A stretch of 64,000 bases of DNA, taken from NCBI RefSeq assembly GCF_025356345.1, contig NZ_JANXTC010000393.1, positions 2,631 to 66,630 of the forward strand, given 5' to 3'. A program made the translations under genes and the position numbers. A model generated the notes under the pieces. It did no database searches, had not been told where the DNA came from, and saw nothing but the letters and a program-made list of their open reading frames with translations. The stretch comes from Tardiphaga sp. GTDB taxonomy: Bacteria > Pseudomonadota > Alphaproteobacteria > Rhizobiales > Xanthobacteraceae. Below are positions 57,226 through 64,000 of this stretch, one piece after another; positions within the stretch are counted from its first letter, which is position 1, and the number at the start of each line of letters is the position of its first letter.

Positions 57226-58185
57226 TCAGATCCGCTCGATATTGCCCTTCTGCAGCACATCGCCCCAGCGCTTGACGTCGGCGGCGAGCAATTCGGTGAT
57301 GGCGGTCGGCGACGACGATTTGCCGAGGCTGCCCAGCGCCAACAACCGTTCCTTGATACCATCCTGGGCAAGCACCGCGACCGTGGCATCATGCAGACGC
57401 TGCACGACAGCGTCGGGCATGCCGACCGGCCCCACCAGCCCATACCAACCGGGCGCGGCAAAGCCCGGAAAACCGGCTTCAGCCACCGTCGGGACATCTT
57501 CGAAACCGGGGAAGCGCTGCGCCGTGGTCACCGCGAGAGCGCGGAATTTTCCGGCCTTGATCTGCTCGGTCATCGATATCGGCGGGTCGACCATGAAATC
57601 GACGCGGCCGGCGAGCACGTCGATCACCGCCTGCGATCCGCCGCGGAACGGGATATGGACGAATTTGACGCCGGCCAGCTGCGAAATCTGCTCGACGATC
57701 AGATGCGGTCCGGACCCCACGCCCGGCGTACCGTAGCTGAGGGATTTCCCGGCCTTCGCCGCGGCGATCATTTGAGCCAGATTGGCGATCGGCGATTCCG
57801 TGCTGTTGCAGAACATATAGGGCGATTCACTGACCAGGCTGATGCCCCTGAGATCGCCGACCGGCTTGTAAGGCAGCTGCTTGTAGAACGCCGACGACGC
57901 CGCGTAGGTCGCAGTGATCATGGAGATGGTGTAGCCGTCCGGCGTTGCCCGGGCGAGCTGCGCACCGGCCAGCGTCGTGCCTGCGCCCGGCTTGGTCTCG
58001 ACGATAATGGTCTGGCCCAGCACCTTGGACAGGCCCTCGGCGATGATCCGCGCGGTGGTATCGGTCCCGCCGCCCGGTGCGAAACCGTGCAACAGGGTGA
58101 TGGCCCGCTCCGGCCACGCGGCCCGCGCCTCGAACGGAAGGAGAGTGACTGAAAGTCCGGCGAGTAATGCGCGTCTGCTCAACAT
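57226..58185 (-). CDS. Bug/TctC-family tripartite tricarboxylate transporter substrate-binding protein (orphan)
   Basis: Tat-like LSRRALL, WPERAITLLHGFAPGGGTD, ETKPGAG, SYGTPGVGS, HIPFRGG, DVPTVAEAG. Confidence 0.9.
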   Translation of the reverse strand: MLSRRALLAGLSVTLLPFEARAAWPERAITLLHGFAPGGGTDTTARIIAEGLSKVLGQTIIVETKPGAGTTLAGAQLARATPDGYTISMITATYAASSAFYKQLPYKPVGDLRGISLVSESPYMFCNSTESPIANLAQMIAAAKAGKSLSYGTPGVGSGPHLIVEQISQLAGVKFVHIPFRGGSQAVIDVLAGRVDFMVDPPISMTEQIKAGKFRALAVTTAQRFPGFEDVPTVAEAGFPGFAAPGWYGLVGPVGMPDAVVQRLHDATVAVLAQDGIKERLLALGSLGKSSSPTAITELLAADVKRWGDVLQKGNIERI

Positions 58186-58267
58186 GATGAAACCCCACTT
58201 GAAGAATTCGGGACGCGTATCACGTGACTGAAACGACAACACCGAATTTATCTTACGAAGTTACCGT

Positions 58268-58283
58268 ATCAATACGTATTGAT
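58268..58283. promoter_or_regulatory. Perfect 16-bp palindrome, candidate operator of the Bug gene
   Basis: ATCAATACGTATTGAT in an AT-rich spacer about 85-100 bp upstream of the 58185 start. Confidence 0.5.
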
Positions 58284-58505
58284 GCCATGATTTGAGGTAT
58301 CGGAACCGACTTTCGGTCTGGATTGCATCAAAAACATATCCGGCACGGCACCCGATTGCGGCTCAGTGATCAATAAAACGCCGTTGCCGCATTCCAGACG
58401 CAACCCTGAACTGTTGCTGCCATCGCCATGGCACCGCGTCGCCTTAAGTGCACATTAGCCACACCGCCAGTTTTTATGAGCGGTGATCCCGTTGAGCGCC
58501 GTACT

Positions 58506-59942
58506 TCATCGCGCCCGTAGCTGATCCAGCACCGCCGACGAAGCAAAGCCGTCAGCAGCCGCGCCGATCGAGGTCTGGAAGTTGCGCAGCGCTTCACGGG
58601 TCTGTCCGCCGAACTGGCCGTCGGGCGTACCCTGGTAGAAGCCGCGCTGCACCAGCAGCTGCTGTAGCTCCAGCCGCTCGGCGCGCGACAGCACGCGTTC
58701 CTGCCGCGGCCACGGCTGCACGAAGGGCGGGCCGCCGCGCAGCCGGTCGGCGAAATGGCCGATCGCCATCGCATAGGCCTCGGCCGGATTGTACTTCATG
58801 ATGACACGAAAGTTCTGCAGCATCAGGAAGCCCGGCCCGTCTGCGCCGGCCGGCGCCAGCAGATAGGCCTTCTCGGCGATGCGCGGAAACGGCTGGCCGC
58901 CGGCACGCCTGAGGCCAAGATTTTCCCACTGCGGAACGGCCATCGCCTTGGCCTTGTCGGCCAGCAGAAAATTGAAATCCTTCGGCAGCACGACCTCGTA
59001 GCCCCAGCTCTGGCCACTCTGCCAGCCGTCCTTCTTGAGGTTGTTGGCGGTGGAGAAGATCAGGTCGGTGGGATTGTCGACCACGTCGCGGCGGCCGTCG
59101 CCATCGCCGTCGACGGCAAAGCGCTTGAAGGCGGTGGGCATGAACTGGGTTGGGCCGAACGCTCCGGCCCAGGAGCCGCGCATCTGATCGGGGCGCAGGT
59201 CACCGCGGTGCAGGATCTCCAGCGCTACCAGGAACTCATCCCTGAAATAGGCCTGGCGGCGGCCGACGCAGGCGAGCGTCGCGGTGGACCGCAAAACGTT
59301 GCGGTCGCCCATCTGCGTCGAGTAGTTGGATTCGATGCCCCAGATCGCGGCGACGATGAAACGGTCAACGCCATAGGCCTTCTCGGCGGCATCGAAAATA
59401 GTTCGGTACTTCGCCAGCACCTCGCGGCCCTTGGCGAGCCGGGTGTCGTTGACCAGGATGTCGAGATAATCCCAGATCGCCTTGGTGAATTCGGGCTGTG
59501 AATCCATCAGATCCATGATCCGCAGGTCCGGCGTCAGCCCGGCGGTGAAGCGCTGGAAGCTGTCCTGCGAAATGCCCCGCCGTGCGGCATCAGGCCACAG
59601 TCCGGCGACACAGGCGTCGAAATTATTGGCGGCGTCGCGGATCGCCTGCGCCGTCATCAGCGGATGGCCGGAGGCGCCGTCCTCGCCGCTCCACGGCTGC
59701 ACCCCGCCGATGCCGGGCGCCGGGGCGTTGGTTGGCGCCGGGGCGTTGAAAATATTATCGAACAGGCTGAACGGGCTGCTCCCGGATTGCGCGCGGGCCG
59801 ATGACGGCGACGCCAGCAGCGCCAAGCCAACCGCGACCGCGACCGCCCTGAATTTATTCCTTCGCGCAATGGGCCACATCATATTCATGGTTAGTTCCGC
59901 TTCCGACGCTGTCGGGACAGCAGGCCTTGTTGAGGTTTCCAT
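58506..59942 (-). CDS. Lytic murein transglycosylase (MltB/SltB family) with C-terminal peptidoglycan-binding domain
   Basis: IWGIESNY, GSWAGAFGPTQFMP, DGDGDGRRD, KYNPAEAY, LQQLL..G..DGQFG..TREAL. Start uncertain (59942 or 59888). Confidence 0.92.
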   Translation of the reverse strand: METSTRPAVPTASEAELTMNMMWPIARRNKFRAVAVAVGLALLASPSSARAQSGSSPFSLFDNIFNAPAPTNAPAPGIGGVQPWSGEDGASGHPLMTAQAIRDAANNFDACVAGLWPDAARRGISQDSFQRFTAGLTPDLRIMDLMDSQPEFTKAIWDYLDILVNDTRLAKGREVLAKYRTIFDAAEKAYGVDRFIVAAIWGIESNYSTQMGDRNVLRSTATLACVGRRQAYFRDEFLVALEILHRGDLRPDQMRGSWAGAFGPTQFMPTAFKRFAVDGDGDGRRDVVDNPTDLIFSTANNLKKDGWQSGQSWGYEVVLPKDFNFLLADKAKAMAVPQWENLGLRRAGGQPFPRIAEKAYLLAPAGADGPGFLMLQNFRVIMKYNPAEAYAMAIGHFADRLRGGPPFVQPWPRQERVLSRAERLELQQLLVQRGFYQGTPDGQFGGQTREALRNFQTSIGAAADGFASSAVLDQLRAR

Positions 59943-60127
59943 CCACTTAATACTAGCCCGTTTTTAATGGCCGCGACGAGGCGGGCGGCCGGCGCCGATG
60001 GGTTAATTGCGCTCCCGCGCGGATTCACCACGAATCCGCCGTGTTCCCGGTTGCAAAGGGAACGGCAACCGGCAATCTACGTTTGCGTCCGCGTCGCTTC
60101 CTCCAAAAGATCATTGCAAAGCCCCCG

Positions 60128-61012
60128 ATGAAAATTCGTAAAGCCGTGTTCCCGGTCGCCGGCCTTGGCACCCGCGTTCTTCCCGCCACCAAGGCGATGC
60201 CGAAAGAGATGCTCACCATCGTCGATCGCCCGTTGATCCAGTATGTGGTCGACGAGGCCCGCGAGGCCGGCATCGAGCATTTCATCTTCGTCACCGGCCG
60301 CAACAAGGGCGTGATCGAGGACCATTTCGACAAGATGTTCGAGCTCGACGAAAACCTCAAAAGCCGCAACAAGAGCAAGGAAATCGAGGAGCTGGCGCGG
60401 TTTCAGCCGGGCGCCGGCGAGACCAGCTTCACCCGCCAGCAATCGCCGCTCGGCCTTGGCCACGCGGTGTGGTGCGCACGCGAACTGGTCGGCAATGAGC
60501 CGTTCGCGGTCGTACTGCCGGACGAACTGGTGCTGAATTCGCCAGGCTGCCTGAAGCAGATGATCGACATCGCCAACGGGCTCGACGAACGATCGAACCT
60601 GGTCGCGGTCGAGGAAGTTCCGATGGAACTGACGCACCAATATGGCATCTGTGGCATCGGCGAACGCCATCCGACCCACAGCACCGCCTTTACCATCGAT
60701 GGCATGGTCGAAAAACCGCCGCGGGGCACCTCGCCTTCCAACCTGTCGATCACCGGGCGCTACATCCTGCAGCCGGAAATCTTCAAGATTCTGGAGACTC
60801 AGGAGCGCGGCGCCGGCGGCGAGATCCAGCTGACCGATGGCATGATCGGGCTGGCGAAGACGCAGCAATTCTATGGCGTGGAATTTGAAGGCGAGCGCCA
60901 CGATTGCGGGTCGAAGCCCGGCTTCCTGCGCGCCAACATCGCCTACGGCCTGCAGCGCCCCGATCTGCGCGACGGCCTGCGCAAGGAAATGCTACGATAT
61001 TTGGGGCAGTAA
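60128..61012 (+). CDS. galU: UTP--glucose-1-phosphate uridylyltransferase
   Basis: MKIRKAVFPVAGLGTRVLPATKAMPKEML, RQQSPLGLGHAV, MVEKP, GEIQLTD. Confidence 0.96.
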   Translation: MKIRKAVFPVAGLGTRVLPATKAMPKEMLTIVDRPLIQYVVDEAREAGIEHFIFVTGRNKGVIEDHFDKMFELDENLKSRNKSKEIEELARFQPGAGETSFTRQQSPLGLGHAVWCARELVGNEPFAVVLPDELVLNSPGCLKQMIDIANGLDERSNLVAVEEVPMELTHQYGICGIGERHPTHSTAFTIDGMVEKPPRGTSPSNLSITGRYILQPEIFKILETQERGAGGEIQLTDGMIGLAKTQQFYGVEFEGERHDCGSKPGFLRANIAYGLQRPDLRDGLRKEMLRYLGQ

Positions 61013-61022
61013 CAGCCGCCGC

Positions 61023-61149
61023 CGTCATTCCGGGACGGGAGCGGCGCCGGCCGCGAGCGAACCTGGACTATCGAAATGGTTGAACATCCCGGGATTCCGG
61101 GCCTGCGCCGCGGCCGGTTACGCCGTCTGCATCGCATCCCGGAATGACG
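61023..61149. repeat. Long palindromic intergenic repeat (CGTCATTCCGGG family)
   Basis: Termini CGTCATTCCGGGA (61023-61035) / TCCCGGAATGACG (61137-61149), between convergent galU and DGC genes. Confidence 0.75.
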
Positions 61150-61158
61150 AGGTTGCGC

Positions 61159-62652
61159 CTACGCCGCCAGCAAAAAATGCGATGGCGACGAGATCACGGA
61201 CTGGTTGCGGCCGGCGTCCTTGGCGGCATAGAGCGCCTTGTCAGCGGCCTCGACGAGACGACTCCATTCCGTCGTCACCAGCGGCTCCATGCTGGCAACG
61301 CCGATGCTGACGGTGAGCGCCGCCGGTTCGGCCGGCAGTGCCTCGACGCGCCGCCGGATATTCTCTGCTACAATGAGCGCCTCCTCGGCAGAAATTCCCG
61401 GCAACAGCACCGCGAACTCCTCGCCGCCGTAACGCGCCGCGCAGTCGCCCGCGCGGTTGGTAGACTGCGCGATGCTGCGGGCAATCCCGATCAACGCCTG
61501 ATCACCAGCCTGATGCCCGAAGCTGTCGTTGAAGATCTTGAAATAATCGGCGTCGATCAGCAGCATCGCCAGCGGCTGCGCGTTGCGGATGGCACGGCGC
61601 CATTCGAGGTCGATCGCACTATCGAATTTGCGGCGGTTGCGCAGGCCGGTCAGCGCGTCGGTGGTGGCCAGTTCTTCCAGCCTGTCCTCGGCGCAGGCGC
61701 GGCGACCAATCTCGCGCGCCGAAAACAGCGTCACCGAGATAATGAAGCCGACCAGCGCCAGCACAATACCGCCGATCCACGACGCCTGGGTTTGCCACAT
61801 GCTGGCGATATCCGCCCATGACTTGCCAACCAGTACGAGCAGCGGCCTGCCACTGTCGCGCCAAGTGTAGAGTCGTCTGATCCTGTCGATGGCGCCGATG
61901 CCGGAGTAGGATCCGTCGGCACGTGCCAGCATGCGCAGCAGGCCCGGGATCTTGCCGAGGTCGCGGCCGAGCACGTCAAAGTCGAACGGGAAGCGCATGA
62001 TGACGACGCCGTCGCGGCGAAGCACGGTGATGTTGTCATTGAGGTTCAGCCGCAGCCGGCCGAACAGCTCATGAAAATAGGACACCCGGATCGAACCAGC
62101 CACTACACCGGCGAAGTTGCCGGCGCCGTCGGTGATGCGGCGACTGAGAACCACGGAATAGGCGCCGCTATGCAGCATCGGCCGGCTGATGAACAGGCCG
62201 CGCTCGCCGTCACTGCGGTGCACCATGAAAAATTCGTCATCCCAAACGTTCAGCTTCGCCGGCTCAAGCGTCGTAGCGTCGATGATCACGTCGCCCTGAG
62301 TGTCGAACACCTGGATGGCGCCGTGCTGGAGGACCGAGGCGGCATTGTCGAACAGGATCAGCTGCCGCATTTCCTTGCTGAGTTCAGCCATCGCCGGCAC
62401 CGCGAGTCCGGCGATCACCGCGCGCAGCGACAGGTCGTAGACTTCGACGGTGCGGCCGATATCGGAATCGAGCGTGGCGGCCAGGTTTTCGCTGCTCTGC
62501 CGCGCCAGCGCTTCGGTGCCGTGCCGCATGTCCAGCATCACCGTGGCACAGATGGCGGTGAAGCCAATGATGGTCACCAGCGCCGACAGAACCAGCAGCC
62601 GGGCCGAGAGCGGCCAGCGTCGCAACCACATCGCTGTATTTTTCGTTCGCAT
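61159..62652 (-). CDS. Membrane diguanylate cyclase with Cache-like periplasmic sensor
   Basis: Two TM segments, TDALTGLRNRR, DADYFKIFNDSFGHQAGD, I-site RAGD, active site GGEEF. Confidence 0.93.
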   Translation of the reverse strand: MRTKNTAMWLRRWPLSARLLVLSALVTIIGFTAICATVMLDMRHGTEALARQSSENLAATLDSDIGRTVEVYDLSLRAVIAGLAVPAMAELSKEMRQLILFDNAASVLQHGAIQVFDTQGDVIIDATTLEPAKLNVWDDEFFMVHRSDGERGLFISRPMLHSGAYSVVLSRRITDGAGNFAGVVAGSIRVSYFHELFGRLRLNLNDNITVLRRDGVVIMRFPFDFDVLGRDLGKIPGLLRMLARADGSYSGIGAIDRIRRLYTWRDSGRPLLVLVGKSWADIASMWQTQASWIGGIVLALVGFIISVTLFSAREIGRRACAEDRLEELATTDALTGLRNRRKFDSAIDLEWRRAIRNAQPLAMLLIDADYFKIFNDSFGHQAGDQALIGIARSIAQSTNRAGDCAARYGGEEFAVLLPGISAEEALIVAENIRRRVEALPAEPAALTVSIGVASMEPLVTTEWSRLVEAADKALYAAKDAGRNQSVISSPSHFLLAA

Positions 62653-62856
62653 CGCTCACCCCTGTGGCGCTTGCATGACACGCCATAGCTTGCCGAGCGC
62701 TTAAATACCCACGCGGGTTTCAGACGGCGTTAATAGTGGATTGCCCGACACCGTCACTTTTTCGCAGTCCGGTGTTGAGATACCATAAGTTCTGCTGTGG
62801 CATCCGGCGACGCAGGCGCGTATGACGACTGCACCCAATGCGATCCGAGGACTGCC

Positions 62857-63129
62857 GTGCCCGACTATGATTTGCTGCGCGACCATTTGAGCAAACAGAC
62901 GCTGGACGAATTCGTCCTCAGCATGGACGAGATCGAGGCGATCCTCGACGACGCGCTGCCGCGCGCCTCGTTCCGCGCCTCGTGGTGGGAAACCGAGCGC
63001 GCGCCCGACGAGAAAATGGCGCAACGCGAAGCCTGCATCGCGGCGGGCTACATCGCAACACGGCTGCCGGACGGCACAGGCGTGAGGTTCAGGAAAAAGA
63101 CCGCGAAGTCGGTCAGGAAATGGGTTTAA
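62857..63129 (+). CDS. Small conserved hypothetical protein
   Basis: GTG start after GAGGA; YDLLRDHL..EFVLSMDEIEAIL..LPRAS..SWW pattern. Confidence 0.7.
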   Translation: MPDYDLLRDHLSKQTLDEFVLSMDEIEAILDDALPRASFRASWWETERAPDEKMAQREACIAAGYIATRLPDGTGVRFRKKTAKSVRKWV

Positions 63130-63194
63130 CCGGACACGCGGCTGTCATCAGCAGCCGGTTCGGGGCGTCCAGTCCGGATCTTCGCATGTCACCA

Positions 63195-64000
63195 TCACGC
63201 GGTATGTTGAATCAAGCCGACGCCGCCGCCGGCGACCGGTTGCAGCTGTGCTTCGACAGCCAGCGCCGTTCGTATCATCCGCGCCAGGTCCAACTTGCGG
63301 TAGGGCTTGGCCAGCAGCAGCACATCCGCGTCGAGACGGCCGTAGTGAATGACGGTATTCTCGGTATGTCCGGAGGTGAACAACACCTTCAGCAACGGTC
63401 TGCACCGCAGCGCGGCGTCGGCGAGCTGGCGCCCCGTCATCGCGCCCGGCATGATGATGTCCGTAAATAGCAGATCGATGTGCTGCGGGCTGTTGATTAT
63501 CACCATGGCCGCCGCCGCATCAACGGCCGACAGAGTGGCATAGCCCAAGCTTCGCACCTGCCCGATCACGAACTTTCGGACCAGGCTGTCATCTTCGACA
63601 ACCAGGATCGTCTCGTGACCGCCTTGCAGCGGAGAGGTTGGCACCAGGTCCTCGGCATAGGCAAAGTGACTCGCGCGCGGCAGATAAATCCGGACCGTCG
63701 TGCCACGGCCCTCTACGCTGTCAATCCGGATATGACCGTTGGACTGTTTGACGAAGCCGTAGACCATGCTGAGGCCAAGGCCCGACCCCTTGTCGATGTC
63801 CTTGGTGGTGAAGAACGGCTCGAACACCTGCTCCAGAATATTGGCGGGAATGCCATGTCCGGAATCGGTTACCGCAATCGTCACATAATCCCCGGCGACA
63901 ATATCACTACTCAAACTGGCATCGCTTTCGGCAAACACGGCATTGCCGGTCTCGATCGTCAGCCTGCCGCCATCGGCCATTGCATCGCGGGCATTGAGCG
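63195..64000 (-). CDS. Hybrid sensor kinase, C-terminal HATPase and receiver (5' part outside the window)
   Basis: INARDAM at the window edge, FEPFFTTKD..GSGLGLSMVYGFVKQS, ILVVEDD, LLFTDIIMPG, LAKPY. Confidence 0.92.
   Translation of the reverse strand, partial: LNARDAMADGGRLTIETGNAVFAESDASLSSDIVAGDYVTIAVTDSGHGIPANILEQVFEPFFTTKDIDKGSGLGLSMVYGFVKQSNGHIRIDSVEGRGTTVRIYLPRASHFAYAEDLVPTSPLQGGHETILVVEDDSLVRKFVIGQVRSLGYATLSAVDAAAAMVIINSPQHIDLLFTDIIMPGAMTGRQLADAALRCRPLLKVLFTSGHTENTVIHYGRLDADVLLLAKPYRKLDLARMIRTALAVEAQLQPVAGGGVGLIQHTA

Overview
A GC-rich chromosomal segment whose gene content and repeat style suggest a phototrophic Bradyrhizobiaceae alphaproteobacterium (inference). It opens at the edge of a photosynthesis gene cluster (hemC-bchI-bchD), followed by transport/redox genes, a secreted RGG-rich peptide gene and a NodU/CmcH-type carbamoyltransferase. 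A 16.7-kb head-to-tail array of eight chemoreceptor (MCP) genes follows (13242-29903, one frameshifted), with nested palindromic MITE/REP-like elements in two of its spacers. Next come a polar amino-acid ABC transporter, a PuuD-like amidohydrolase, tRNA-Val(GAC), cpdR, N-formylglutamate amidohydrolase, an orphan Flp pilin missed by the ORF track, an MmgR/suhB-type sRNA and hisN. The right half holds a small heat-shock gene with a ROSE-type thermometer, a ninth chemoreceptor with a His-rich intramembrane sensor coupled to a small partner gene, gltBD behind a sigma54-like promoter, a general-stress module (HWE kinase, receiver, CsbD), SGNH/DUF459, an orphan Bug protein, a lytic transglycosylase, galU, a diguanylate cyclase and a hybrid kinase cut by the window edge. 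No CRISPR array, integrase, transposase or rRNA was seen. The best candidates for something undescribed are the partner + His-rich chemoreceptor pair, the mosaic chemoreceptor array and the composite nested repeat element. Family names come from motif recognition, not from database searches.
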